Positions 18,736-28,666 of a stretch of DNA of 64,000 nt are shown here, in pieces. The notes beneath the pieces are model-generated. The model searched no databases. It was not told the origin of the DNA and was given only the letters and a program-made list of their open reading frames with translations. Source of the stretch: Candidatus Lutacidiplasma silvani (GTDB lineage: Archaea; Thermoplasmatota; Thermoplasmata; Lutacidiplasmatales; UBA184); contig JAKIVZ010000003.1 in the NCBI GenBank assembly GCA_022750295.1, positions 51,616 through 115,615 of the forward strand, written 5' to 3'. Positions within the stretch are counted from its first letter, which is position 1, and each line of letters begins with the position of its first letter. The translations under genes were made by a program, and so were the position numbers.

Positions 18736-20226
18736 CTAGACGTCGAGGTACCGGTAGAACTCGTACGGGTGCGGCCGCAGATTCAGCTGGAGCTGCTCCT
18801 CCCGCTTGATCTCCCGGAACGAGTCGAGGACCTCGGAATCGAACACCGGCTTCAGGAACGCCTCGTCGGAACTGAGGCACTCGAGCGCCTCGCCGAGCGA
18901 CCCCGGGAGCTCCCGGATCTCGAGTTCCTTCCTTCGGGCCGCCGTGAGCTTGTAGATGTCCGCGTCGACCGGCGCGGGGGGTTCGATCTTCCGCCGGATC
19001 CCGTCGAGGCCCGCCATCGAGAGCGCCGCCTCGGTGAGGTAGATGTTCGCGGCGGAATCCGGGGTCCGGTACTCGATCCGCTTCGCCTCCATCCGGCCCT
19101 TGTGGTAGAACGGGATCCGGACGTTCGCCGAGCGGTTCGACTTGCTCCAGGCGATGAAGACGGGCGCCTCGTACCCGGGGACGAGCCGCCGGTAGGAGTT
19201 CGTGGTTGGGTTCGTGATCGCGCAGAGGGCCCGCGCGTGCGTCAGCAGGCCCCCGATGTAGTACCGGCACGTCTGGCTCACCTCGGCGTACGAGTCGTTC
19301 GGGTCGAAGAACGTGTTCTTCCCCGCGCTCCAGAGCGACTGGTTCATGTGCATGCCGAGGCCGTTGTCGCCGAACACCGGTTTCGGCATGAACGTCGCGA
19401 CCTTCCCGTGCTGGGCGGCGACGTTCTTGATGACGAATCGGACGTCCTGGACGTGGTCGGCCGCGGGGACGAGTTCGTCGAACCGGAGGTTGATCTCGCC
19501 CTGACCGGCGGTCGCCACCTCGTGGTGGTGGGCGTCCATCCGGATGTGGAAGTCGTCCGACAGAATGTTGCAGACCTCGCTCCGCATCCCCTCGAGGATG
19601 TCGTGGGGGGCGGCGCGGTGGTACCCCTCCTTGAACCGGATCGAGCCGTGGCCGTCGGACGCCGCCCAGGGAGCTTCGGCGCTTTCCAGAAGATACCCGG
19701 CCCCGCCCCACGCGTCCCGGACCGAATCGGCCGAGGGGATCAGCTTGACCGAGTCGAAGACGAAGAACTCGATCTCGGGGCCCCAGTACGACAGGTCGTA
19801 GCCGGCGTCGGCGAGGACGGTGTTCGTCCGTCGGGCGATGCCGCGCGGGTCGTGGCTGTACGCCTCCTTCGCGCCGCCGGTGAGGATGTCGCAGATGAAC
19901 CGGGCGGTCCCACCGTGGGCGGCGCCCCAGGGGACGACGCCGAAGGTCGCGGGGTCGGGCAGGAGGACCATGTCGGACTCGAAGATTTCGCGGAACCCAC
20001 GGACCGATGAGCCGTCGAGCTTCGGGATTCCACCGACGAACGCGTCCTCCTCGATCGTCTCGGCCGGGAGATGGATGTGGTTGAATCCGCCGAGGAGGTC
20101 GGTGTAGAACAGCTCGACCCACCGGAGCTTCCGGGCGCGGATCTCCTCGAGGATCCGAAGGCCGTGTTCTGCCCGCGATTCTCCCGTGCCCCCCGTCGAC
20201 CCGACCGACCGTTCTGCGACCGCCAT
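18736..20226 (-). CDS. glnA: Glutamine synthetase type I
   Basis: LDGSSVRGF..IFESDM, GPEIEFF, HHHEVATAGQGEI, TFMPKP..GDNGLGMH, NSYRRLVPGYEAP, NRSANVRIP, RIEYRTPD. Confidence 0.97.
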   Translation of the reverse strand: MAVAERSVGSTGGTGESRAEHGLRILEEIRARKLRWVELFYTDLLGGFNHIHLPAETIEEDAFVGGIPKLDGSSVRGFREIFESDMVLLPDPATFGVVPWGAAHGGTARFICDILTGGAKEAYSHDPRGIARRTNTVLADAGYDLSYWGPEIEFFVFDSVKLIPSADSVRDAWGGAGYLLESAEAPWAASDGHGSIRFKEGYHRAAPHDILEGMRSEVCNILSDDFHIRMDAHHHEVATAGQGEINLRFDELVPAADHVQDVRFVIKNVAAQHGKVATFMPKPVFGDNGLGMHMNQSLWSAGKNTFFDPNDSYAEVSQTCRYYIGGLLTHARALCAITNPTTNSYRRLVPGYEAPVFIAWSKSNRSANVRIPFYHKGRMEAKRIEYRTPDSAANIYLTEAALSMAGLDGIRRKIEPPAPVDADIYKLTAARRKELEIRELPGSLGEALECLSSDEAFLKPVFDSEVLDSFREIKREEQLQLNLRPHPYEFYRYLDV

Positions 20227-20345
20227 CCGACGCCCCTCGGCGCTTGGGACGAAGCCCCGGTACATGAACCCTCGCCCGGGAAAAATGGACGCGCGTCCAC
20301 AATCTGCCGATAGTCTAATTACTTTGTGCGCTGTTGCAGTGAATT

Positions 20346-20840
20346 ATGGGACGAACGTCCAGCCTCGACACGCTCGACCGCGGGATCCTCGAAGAGTTGA
20401 ACGTCGACGCCCGGCGGAGCCACCGGGAGATCGCCGAGCGGTTGAAGGTCTCGCCGACCACGATCGGGATGCGGATCGAGCGCATGGAACGGGACGGGAT
20501 CATCCGGGGGTACGTTCCCCTCCTCGACGACGAGGCCCTCGGGTGGGAGCTCTCGGCGACGATCGGGATCCGAATCTCCAAGGGCAAACTTCGGGAGGTC
20601 GAGGAGCGGCTCGCGAAGGACCCGCGGGCGTACGCGATTTACGATGTGACCGGCGATTTCGATGCTCTTCTCATCGGACGATTCCGGGACCGACGCGACC
20701 TCGACCGGTTCGTCAAGCACGCCCTGCAGGACCCGCAGGTCGAGCGGACGAACACCCAGGTCGTCCTCAACCGAGTGAAGGAAGACCGCCGCGTGCCGGT
20801 CCCCGCCCGGTCGACGGACCGGTCGGCGGGAAACGCATAA
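20346..20840 (+). CDS. Lrp/AsnC family transcriptional regulator, divergent from glnA
   Basis: LDTLDRGILEELNVDARRSHREIA, YDVTGDFD, RTNTQVVL. Confidence 0.92.
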   Translation: MGRTSSLDTLDRGILEELNVDARRSHREIAERLKVSPTTIGMRIERMERDGIIRGYVPLLDDEALGWELSATIGIRISKGKLREVEERLAKDPRAYAIYDVTGDFDALLIGRFRDRRDLDRFVKHALQDPQVERTNTQVVLNRVKEDRRVPVPARSTDRSAGNA

Positions 20841-20874
20841 GAGCCGCCGCCTCGGTGGCCGGCCGGGTACGACG

Positions 20875-21696
20875 ATGGACTGGGGGCTGAGGAACCGAAT
20901 CACCCGGATGTTCCCGTCGGGTTCCGGCCGTTCGGTCATGCTCGCCGTCGACCACGGCTACTTCATGGGACCGACCCGGAACCTCGAAAACGCGGCCGCC
21001 ACGATCCTCCCCCTCCTCCCCCACGCCGATGCGATCGCGCTCACTCGGGGGATCCTCCGGACGTCGGTCCCCCCCACCGCGACGACCCCGATCGTCCTCC
21101 GGGTTTCGGGCGGGGCGACGATCCTGAAGGACGACCTCTCCGACGAAACGATCACGACCTCGATGGAGGAGGCGGTCCGGCTCAACGTCGCCGCCGTCGC
21201 CTTGTCGGTGTTCGTCGGCTCGTCCCATGAGCACCAATCGCTGGCCAATCTGGGGACGCTCGTCGACGAGGGCGAGGCATACGGAGTGCCGGTCCTCGCG
21301 ATCACCGCGGTCGGCAAGGAGCTGGAGAAGCGGGATGCCCGATACCTCGCCCTCGCCTGTCGCGTCTCGGCCGAGCTCGGGGCGCATCTCGTCAAGACCT
21401 ACTACTGCGAAGGGTTCTCGAAGGTCGTCGACTCATGCCCCGTACCGATTGTCGTCGCCGGCGGCCCGAAGCTCGACTCGATCGAGGCGGCGCTCACCCT
21501 CGCACACCATGCGATCGACGAGGGGGCGAAAGGGATCGACATGGGGCGGAACATCTGGCAGTCGGAGCACCCCGTCGCGATGCTGAAGGCGCTCCGGACG
21601 ATCGTGCACGACGGGGCGACCGTTCGCGAGGCGCTTACTACGTTCCACGCGGCGACGGCGGAAATCCCGTTGGTAGCGCCGCCGGCCTCGAGATGA
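20875..21696 (+). CDS. lsrF: LsrF-type class I aldolase/thiolase (DhnA family)
   Basis: MDWGLRNR, VMLAVDHGYFMGPT, AELGAHLVKTYY (Schiff-base K), IVVAGGPK, GIDMGRNIWQ. Confidence 0.85.
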   Translation: MDWGLRNRITRMFPSGSGRSVMLAVDHGYFMGPTRNLENAAATILPLLPHADAIALTRGILRTSVPPTATTPIVLRVSGGATILKDDLSDETITTSMEEAVRLNVAAVALSVFVGSSHEHQSLANLGTLVDEGEAYGVPVLAITAVGKELEKRDARYLALACRVSAELGAHLVKTYYCEGFSKVVDSCPVPIVVAGGPKLDSIEAALTLAHHAIDEGAKGIDMGRNIWQSEHPVAMLKALRTIVHDGATVREALTTFHAATAEIPLVAPPASR

Positions 21697-21747
21697 GTTC
21701 CACCCGGGCGCAAGGTTTCATATCTCGCGGCCAGTAGAACGGTCCGC

Positions 21748-21832
21748 GCGGGGATCGCCCAGCTTGGTCAAAGGCGCCAGATTCAGGGTCTGGTCTCGTA
21801 GGAGTTCGTGGGTTCAAATCCCTCTCCCCGCA
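21748..21832 (+). tRNA. tRNA-Leu (anticodon CAG)
   Basis: GCGGGGA/TCCCCGC acceptor, anticodon arm CCAGA-TTCAGGG-TCTGG, long variable arm, GGTTCAAATCC T-loop. Confidence 0.95.
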
Positions 21833-22714
21833 GTTTCCTATTATTAATATGTGCTGTTTTGGCCGGCTGGTGAAATCTGCAGGGCAAGCGGACCATCGGA
21901 ACACCTGCTGCGCTGGGGTGCGAGTGAATGGATTTAGAGGTCCGGGCGCGGCATTGGTCAGCAGAACGTTTCAGGGATTCCGGACCCTCGTGAGAGACCC
22001 GACACATTCTACTGCCGACGGTTCGGCAACGAGCCGTCGTACCGGGTGCTAGGCGAGGCACGGGCGATCCCCATCATCCGCGCTCCGACGACCCGACTCC
22101 GCTACGGCGGAGCGGCGCTGTTCCCGTAGCACCGGTGGCTGATCCGGAAGCTCGAGGATGCGGTCGAGGGTCGGCCCGATGCCTCGGGGTTCGTCGTCCA
22201 CGAGGGGGCGTTGCGGTCGGCCACCGTTCTCGAGCTGTTGCGGGGAGCGAACGTCCGAAGACTCGTGGTCATCCTCGAGATCGATCGACGGTGGAAATTC
22301 CCCTGGCGACTGCGAGCCGTGGGGATCAACCCATCGTGACGTCAGAGTCTCGATGGCCAAGCACTCGAACCGCCGTGACGTGCCAACTCTCGATCGCCTC
22401 GTAGACCGTGTCTGATGAACCGCAGCGGCCGAGTCTGGGTCGGCGGGGACAACTCGATCGCCATCGGGCTCGACGGCACAGTTTGCGAGGGGACGGGGAG
22501 AATTCGACCGATCCCACTCAACGCTGGGCTCCTGCTCGACGTGCTTAGTTGCAAGAGCCGAGAATGAGAAGCGCGCATCCGGCGCCCACCGTCGGCGTAT
22601 CTCCGTTGGGTCGTTGACCGCGGCGAACGGAGCGACCTCCCCGACCGCCGCCCCCGTGCTTCAGGGCCACGGGGCGCGTCGTTTTACGGGGAATCGACAT
22701 TTGGCGGCGAGTCC

Positions 22715-25700
22715 GTGCTCCGGCCGCGGCGGTCTCCGTTAGGGTTGCTTCTGGTCCTCGGCGTGCTCGTCGCGTCGCCCGCTGGTCTTCTTGCAGGCCA
22801 CGCTCCCCCGGCGGGTTCGTCTGAAGCCCGAACACTGACCGGAAGCGAACGCTCCACCGGGCCCTTCACCGCTTCGGCGGCGCAGCTCAGTTCGTCGCCG
22901 ACGCTTCCTACAGCCGAGAACGCTTCGAACACGCTCGTCGGCGGGACCGCCTGGTACGGGGATCGACCGACACTGCCGTCTGCGAGTCCCTCCTTCTTCG
23001 CCTCGTCCGCGTCGATTCAGGCGGCCGTGTACGACGCGGCGAACCAGGCGCTCTACTTCTCCGGCCTTCGGACCGACGAGGTCGGTGTGCTGAACGCCAC
23101 GACCCTCGCCCCTATCGCGATGATTTCGGGCTCGGGAGGGGTGGCGATGGCGCTGGATGCCTCCGCGCAGCGCCTTTTCGTCGCGGGATATTGGAACGAC
23201 ACCCTAGCCGTGATCAACTGCACCGATAATCGGTTGGTGGCGACCGTGACACTCCCATCGAACCCGGAGTTCGTCGCCCTCGGCCCTCACGACCGGACAG
23301 CGTACGTGCCGAACGGCGACGGTGTCTCGTTCGTCAACACGTCGACCCTCCAACTAGAATCGACCCTGCAAGCCTCCGGGTTCGGACTCCTGACCGGCGC
23401 CGCCTTCGACCCGCGAGACGGCCTCCTCTACGTCTCGAACACGTCGGACGGGGTCACGCCGATTAACGTGACCACCGACACGTGGGCTGGCGGAAACACC
23501 ACGATCGTGGGTCAGGGACAGTTCGGCAGCCTTTGGTTCGACCCTCTGAGCGGCTCGCTCTACCTGACGGACAACCTCTCCAGTACGATGTGGATCGTCA
23601 ACGTGAGCGCGGGGGGGAACATCACCAGCCTCCCGATAGGGGGCGAAGGCCTGGCAGGGCTCGCCTGGGACCCTGCGACCCGTACGGTGTTCTTGCCGCA
23701 GATGTTCGGAACGAGCGTGCTCCTACTCAACGCGTCCACTGGCGCGGAGGACGCTCGCTCGGTCCCCGTGGGCGTGGGCTCGTCCGTGGCGGTCTTCGAC
23801 CCCTCCCGCCGACAGATGGCGGTGTTCAACGACGCGACCCCCAACCTGACCCTCATCAACCCATCCAACCTCACCGTGACCGCGACCTTCGACCTGAGCC
23901 CGCAGTTCGGCGACGGAGTCGCGGTGCCGGGTTCGTCCTGGCTCGTACTGGCCGACCCGAGCGGAAACGCGCTATACGCGTACAACCGCTCCGATGGACA
24001 GTTCCTTCCGGCCCCCATCCCGGTCGGGGACAATCCCCGCCAGCTGGTCTACGACCCGGCGAGCAATGAGGTGTTCTCGGCGAGCGCGTCGGATGGGACT
24101 GTCTCCGGAACGTTCGTCGGAAACTGGACTCCGGGCGGCCCTCCGACCCGTGTCGGAGCGGACCCCGACGGACTCGCCCTCGGCCCGAATGGAACCATCG
24201 TGGCGGTCAGTTGCCTGTCCGGCACCCTCGAGGGACTTGCCCGCAACGGCGCTCCGCTGCCGAACGCCCCCGTCGACCTCGGCGGATGTCCGGTCGCGGT
24301 CGCCGCGGACCCGGCCGCGGCGACGGCCTACGTCGCGAACGCCGGTGACGACTCCGTGTCAATCGTCAATCTGTCGACGTACCGGACGGTCGGAACGCCG
24401 TGGGCTCTTCCCGGCCAGCCCTCGACCCTCGGGTACGACCCCTCGACCGGCGACTTGTTCGTCGGGTACGCTGATCGGGGGAACCTCACCATCCTAAGCC
24501 CGACGGGAGTGGTCCTCGCGACCCTCCGGTTCCCCTCGTACGAATCGACCCAGTCGTTCTCCTTCGACCCGCTGACGGGGCTGGTCTACGTCACGAACGA
24601 CAGTGGGATCGCGGTCTTCCAGAACTTGACCGAAGTGGCGGGGGTCCCGATCCGGGGGTCGCTCGCCCAGAACGCCACGAGGTACCGAGTGATTCCGGGG
24701 ACCTCGGGTTCCCCGGCGTACGTCACGAGCGGCCTTTCGGGAATCGAGTTCCTCTCGGACGCGCCCGAGCTCGCGCCGTTGCAGGTCGAACCCTCGACCA
24801 CCCTCGCTGGGCGGACGGTTCTCGTCACGACCGCCCCGCTGGGTCCTGAGACGGCGCTCCGGTACACGTACTTGGGACTACCCCCGGGCTGCCGGTCCGC
24901 CGACCTCCCGGCATTGTCGTGCCGGCCGTCGACCAGCGGCACCTTCTCGATTTCTGTCAACGCGTCCGACGCATTCGGCAACTGGGTGCGGAGCTCGACG
25001 CAGCTGACCGTTGCCGCCGCCAACCTTTCGGGGGTGGCTATCGCGGTATCCCCGCCGGTCGTCGATGTCGGCCAGACAGTGACGCTCGCGTCGACAGTGA
25101 AGGGAGAGGGTCCCAATGAGAGCTTCGCCTATGCGGGCCTCCCTTCGGGCTGCGGCACTGCGAACGCGAGTTCCTTCGAGTGTCGACCGAGCGCGCCGGG
25201 CACGTCGCTCATAACCGTCTCCGTCCGGGACGCGTTCGGTGAGCAGGCGAACGGGAGCAGTGTACTCGAGGTCTACCCGCCACCGGGGATCCAGGGGTTC
25301 GGCGCGTTCCCACCAACGACTTCAGTGGGCGGAACGGTAGAGTTCCTTCTCGCGGTGACCGGCGGCGCGCCTGGTACGCCGCGCCTCTCGGTGACCGGCC
25401 TTCCCCCCGGGTGCGCCCCACCTTCCGGCGAGCTGTGGAGCTGCGAGCCAGTCGAGGCCGGAACATTCCGGGTGTCGGCGACGGTCGAGGATTCGACCGG
25501 GACGAACGCGACCGCGGAAACGACGCTCACGGTCGGAGCGTCTGCCGCAGCTCTCCCGCCTCCCGCGATCCTGAGTGCGTTCGCCGCGCCAGACGACATC
25601 CCCGTCGGGGGAACCGTTACGATTGCGGTGGTCGCGCAGGGCGGGGCGACTCCCTTGCATTACTCATATGCGGGACTTCCCCCGGGTTGTGTCTCCACGA

Positions 25701-25987
25701 ACTCCAGCGTCCTCTCATGCCATCCCGCGGCCAGCGGCACGTTCACCGTGAACGCGACGGTCTCGGACAGCTTAGGGCGCTCTGCATCCGCGCTCGTGTC
25801 CCTGGTCGTCACGCCCTTGGCGGCGACCCCGGCCCCCGGCACGACAGGCAGCCCGGCATTCTCTCTCGCCGAACTCGGCGTTGTGGCAATCGCTGCCGGG
25901 GGCTTCGCTGGCGCAACCGCGGCGGCCATCGTTGTCGCATTGGTGCGGAGGGCCAAGGATAGTCCAAGGCATAGGTCGGATCCGTAA
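22715..25987 (+). CDS. Large secreted YncE/YVTN beta-propeller protein with Cys-containing Ig-like repeats and C-terminal TM
   Basis: Signal peptide; IPVGDNPRQLVYDP, AYVANAGDDSVSIVN; four GLP(P/S)GC...C.P...GT repeats; TM anchor. Confidence 0.85.
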   Translation: MLRPRRSPLGLLLVLGVLVASPAGLLAGHAPPAGSSEARTLTGSERSTGPFTASAAQLSSSPTLPTAENASNTLVGGTAWYGDRPTLPSASPSFFASSASIQAAVYDAANQALYFSGLRTDEVGVLNATTLAPIAMISGSGGVAMALDASAQRLFVAGYWNDTLAVINCTDNRLVATVTLPSNPEFVALGPHDRTAYVPNGDGVSFVNTSTLQLESTLQASGFGLLTGAAFDPRDGLLYVSNTSDGVTPINVTTDTWAGGNTTIVGQGQFGSLWFDPLSGSLYLTDNLSSTMWIVNVSAGGNITSLPIGGEGLAGLAWDPATRTVFLPQMFGTSVLLLNASTGAEDARSVPVGVGSSVAVFDPSRRQMAVFNDATPNLTLINPSNLTVTATFDLSPQFGDGVAVPGSSWLVLADPSGNALYAYNRSDGQFLPAPIPVGDNPRQLVYDPASNEVFSASASDGTVSGTFVGNWTPGGPPTRVGADPDGLALGPNGTIVAVSCLSGTLEGLARNGAPLPNAPVDLGGCPVAVAADPAAATAYVANAGDDSVSIVNLSTYRTVGTPWALPGQPSTLGYDPSTGDLFVGYADRGNLTILSPTGVVLATLRFPSYESTQSFSFDPLTGLVYVTNDSGIAVFQNLTEVAGVPIRGSLAQNATRYRVIPGTSGSPAYVTSGLSGIEFLSDAPELAPLQVEPSTTLAGRTVLVTTAPLGPETALRYTYLGLPPGCRSADLPALSCRPSTSGTFSISVNASDAFGNWVRSSTQLTVAAANLSGVAIAVSPPVVDVGQTVTLASTVKGEGPNESFAYAGLPSGCGTANASSFECRPSAPGTSLITVSVRDAFGEQANGSSVLEVYPPPGIQGFGAFPPTTSVGGTVEFLLAVTGGAPGTPRLSVTGLPPGCAPPSGELWSCEPVEAGTFRVSATVEDSTGTNATAETTLTVGASAAALPPPAILSAFAAPDDIPVGGTVTIAVVAQGGATPLHYSYAGLPPGCVSTNSSVLSCHPAASGTFTVNATVSDSLGRSASALVSLVVTPLAATPAPGTTGSPAFSLAELGVVAIAAGGFAGATAAAIVVALVRRAKDSPRHRSDP

Positions 25988-26016
25988 GGGACCTACCTGT
26001 CCCACGCGTCCTACGC

Positions 26017-26070
26017 GGGATTTGAACCGCCGGGCGGTTCAAATCCCTCTCCCCGCAGTTTCCTATTATT
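26017..26070 (+). repeat. att-like site 2: 31-bp palindrome plus tRNA-Leu 3' duplication
   Basis: GGGATTTGAACCGCC-G-GGCGGTTCAAATCCC (26017-26047); 26036-26070 is identical to 21811-21845 (35 bp). Confidence 0.92.
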
Positions 26071-26189
26071 TCTCGATGTTCCTATCGGAGAATCCTGAAC
26101 CGAGCTCGCCGCCGCGGCCACCAAGCGCGCCGCTCGCTCCGTTCATGCACATAGCAAGCTATATGGGTGCCATAGACGATGCTTCCGCC

Positions 26190-26426
26190 ATGATCACGAC
26201 CATCCAGCTAACCCCGCAGACCCGCTCCCGCCTCGCCGAACTGAAGCAGAGTCCTCGGGAGTCCTACGACGAAGTCCTCACCAAGCTTCTCTCGCTTGTC
26301 CCCGAAGGGGATGAGGAAGGGGCATACTCCCAGCCTTTCCGCGTCGCCCTCCTTCGCTCTCGACTGGAGATTCGCGAGGGTCGGACACTCTCCCACGCTC
26401 GGCTCAAGCGACGGCTGGGCCTCTGA
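26190..26426 (+). CDS. Putative antitoxin (archaeal RHH-like, RelB partner)
   Basis: MITTIQL...RLAELK..PRESYDEVLTKLL...EIREGRTLSHARLKRRLGL; directly upstream of RelE. Confidence 0.8.
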   Translation: MITTIQLTPQTRSRLAELKQSPRESYDEVLTKLLSLVPEGDEEGAYSQPFRVALLRSRLEIREGRTLSHARLKRRLGL

Positions 26427-26677
26427 GGGCCTGGTCCATCGTCTGGTCGGAGACAGCGGCGCGAGACCTCTCGGGTCTCGACCTCCCGGTCGCAAGACGC
26501 GTGGTCCGAAAGCTCGAACAAGCCGCCTCGGATCCCGAGCGGTACTTCGAACGACTGGTCGCTTCCGAGGATTGGAAGCTACGGATGGGGGATTATCGGC
26601 TCTTGGCGCTGCTCAGTCCTTCGTCTCGCACGATCCTTGTAGAGCGAGTCGACCACCGATCCCGCGTGTACCGGTAA
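26423..26677 (+). CDS. relE: RelE/ParE family toxin with lost or non-canonical start codon (not in ORF track)
   Basis: Manual translation: AWSIVWSETAARDLSGLDLPVARRVVRKLEQAASDPERYFERLVASEDWKLRMGDYRLLALL...VDHRSRVYR*; begins CTG AGG GCC overlapping the antitoxin TGA. Confidence 0.8.
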   Translation: MRAWSIVWSETAARDLSGLDLPVARRVVRKLEQAASDPERYFERLVASEDWKLRMGDYRLLALLSPSSRTILVERVDHRSRVYR

Positions 26678-26733
26678 CCGGCAGCCCAACCCCGGGTCGG
26701 AGCACGAAAGCTCCGAGCCCTCGAGTCTGGTTC

Positions 26734-26787
26734 GGGATTCAACCCGCCGAGCGGTTCGAATCCCTCGCCCCGCAGTCTCCTAGTATT
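26734..26787 (+). repeat. att-like site 3 (diverged palindrome plus tRNA-Leu 3' copy)
   Basis: GGGATTCAACCCGCC-G-AGCGGTTCGAATCCC followed by TCGCCCCGCAGTCTCCTAGTATT. Confidence 0.85.
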
Positions 26788-26931
26788 AACAGTAATGCCT
26801 TACCCCGAACGGTGGACTTTCAAGGTGCAGACGTCCCTGGTTGAATCTCGGGATCCCAGCCTCGTCCGTTGTCTCGGGAGAGCAAGCGGGACGCAAGTCG
26901 TAAGGCCCACCACCGATTGGCCCCCCTGCCG

Positions 26932-27672
26932 ATGCGCCAAGTTCGCGGGAAAGGCCCGGTTGGCATCGCCGGAGTTTCGCTCTTAGTCGTGACCATGTTG
27001 CTTCCCGCCAGTGCTTCGGCGAATTCGGGTGCCGGGCCCTCCCTCCACCCCCCGTTCTCGGGCACATGGAGTCGAACGATCTCTGGCGGCGCGGTTGGAT
27101 GCGGAACCGGTTCCATTCACGACGGCGCCCACTCCTTCAATGCCACGGCCGGGGCGGCTCACCTCCTTTCTCGGTCGTTCGGCTCAAATCGTGGCTGCCC
27201 CGGCCTGCCCGCCTACACCACGGTAAACGGTTCGACCTTGATCGAGTTCGTTGCAAGTCCGATTCGTTTGGCCGCAGGGCTTCACGACGTAGTCGCGCGT
27301 TGGTCCATCGCTTGGACCGAGGAAGTGAACGAAACTATCCGCTCGGTAGGCAATCCTCCCTCGGCCTGCGTCGTGCTGACTCTAACGACGTATCTCCGGA
27401 GTCCCAATGGGACGAACTACAGCAACTACTACAACGAGTGGGGGCCCGGGGCCGTATGCTTGAACCTCGGGAACGCGACACTCTCAGGGCACAGCAGGTT
27501 TGCCCTCTCGAACAACATCACTCTCCCGAGCGCAGGGCGATACTCGTTCGTCGCAGATTTTACCGCATGGACGGGTGTCTACGTTGACGGATTCGGGAAT
27601 ACCGCGTCGGCTACCTGCAACATTGGGACTGATGGGAACTACGCGAAGCTTCTCTCAGTCCGAATTTCCTAG
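26932..27672 (+). CDS. Secreted hypothetical protein (Cys pairs, N-glycosylation sequons)
   Basis: Signal peptide (GIAGVSLLVVTMLLPASASA); lower-GC codon usage. Confidence 0.7.
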   Translation: MRQVRGKGPVGIAGVSLLVVTMLLPASASANSGAGPSLHPPFSGTWSRTISGGAVGCGTGSIHDGAHSFNATAGAAHLLSRSFGSNRGCPGLPAYTTVNGSTLIEFVASPIRLAAGLHDVVARWSIAWTEEVNETIRSVGNPPSACVVLTLTTYLRSPNGTNYSNYYNEWGPGAVCLNLGNATLSGHSRFALSNNITLPSAGRYSFVADFTAWTGVYVDGFGNTASATCNIGTDGNYAKLLSVRIS

Positions 27673-28171
27673 CCAATCCACGGTATGGCCGTTGGCCCCG
27701 GAACCTGAGATTCCGTGCAATCGGGTCCCGACGCCACGGCGCCTATCTTGGGACCGGTTCTGATAGACACGGTCGCATTGGTCAGGCCCAAATCCCTAAA
27801 TGAACGCAGCCCGTGGAAACGCGTGGTTCACGGGACCGTTCCGTTCTACTTGCCGGGAGGAATGAGTCGCGGCTGTTCGATTGGAACCGCCGGTCGGCTG
27901 ACTCTGAACCCCCCCGACCGATCGAACCACTCGAACGCCTCGACCGATTCGCTCGGGAACTGGGCTGGCAGGTCTCCGAAACCCGGCCCGCCCGAAGCGG
28001 TCAGCAATTCTTCTGCACCGGCACTGACGAAACACCTTGCCGCCGAGTCTCCCAGAATATCCGACCTCCCTGGAGCGGACAGATTGCAGGGTCGACTTCC
28101 GCGTCGATCAGCCCATCACGGGCCTATGTGCTACGTATAGTCTCATATAGCATCGAGCGGCTCTAGGATCC

Positions 28172-28363
28172 GTGGCCGCGACGACAATCCAGCTTGATTC
28201 GTCCACCCGGGAACAGCTCAAGGCGGTCGGGCGGAAGGGGGAGACGTACGACCAGATCGTGCGTCGCCTCCTCGAGGCCGCCGAGTACTCCGACTTCATG
28301 GACGAGCAATACCGGATTCTCCACGAGGAGAAACACTGGGTTCGCCTCCGAGCTCCGGCGTGA
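28172..28363 (+). CDS. Putative antitoxin (archaeal RHH-like)
   Basis: ATTIQLDSSTREQLKAVGRKGETYDQIVRRLLE; GTGA overlap with RelE. Confidence 0.8.
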   Translation: MAATTIQLDSSTREQLKAVGRKGETYDQIVRRLLEAAEYSDFMDEQYRILHEEKHWVRLRAPA

Positions 28364-28623
28364 TTCGCGCTATTCTCCTGTCGGATTCGGCGAACCGGGA
28401 GTACTCGCGACTTCCGACCAAGGTGCGGGAGCGAATCCACGCCGCGCTCCAGGAACTGGCGGGATCGGAGCGAGGGGACGTCAAGCGGTTGAAGGGAACT
28501 CGGGGACGGGAGGACCTCTTCCGACTCCGGGTCGGGGACTATCGAGTCCTCTTCGCGCGCTCGCGCGGCGAGATTAGAGTGACTCGAATCCTGCATCGAA
28601 GTGAGGGGTACGACTGGCTATGA
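28360..28623 (+). CDS. relE: RelE/ParE family toxin
   Basis: DVKRLKG...LFRLRVGDYRVLF...IRVTRILHRSEGYD. Confidence 0.9.
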   Translation: MIRAILLSDSANREYSRLPTKVRERIHAALQELAGSERGDVKRLKGTRGREDLFRLRVGDYRVLFARSRGEIRVTRILHRSEGYDWL

Positions 28624-28666
28624 TTGGAGTGGATTCGCTGGTGAAGCGTCAGGTCGTAGAGGGTCA

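Noticed and set aside
20875-21696. AI-2 quorum-sensing (lsr) system
   Set aside because: Only a lone LsrF-like aldolase is present; no lsrK, lsrG or lsrABCD in the window.
22084-22339. Protein-like frame (RLRYGGAALFP*HRWLIRKLEDAVEG...WRLRAVGINPS) in cassette 1
   Set aside because: Possibly a pseudogene fragment with an internal stop, but no family is recognisable, so it was not annotated.
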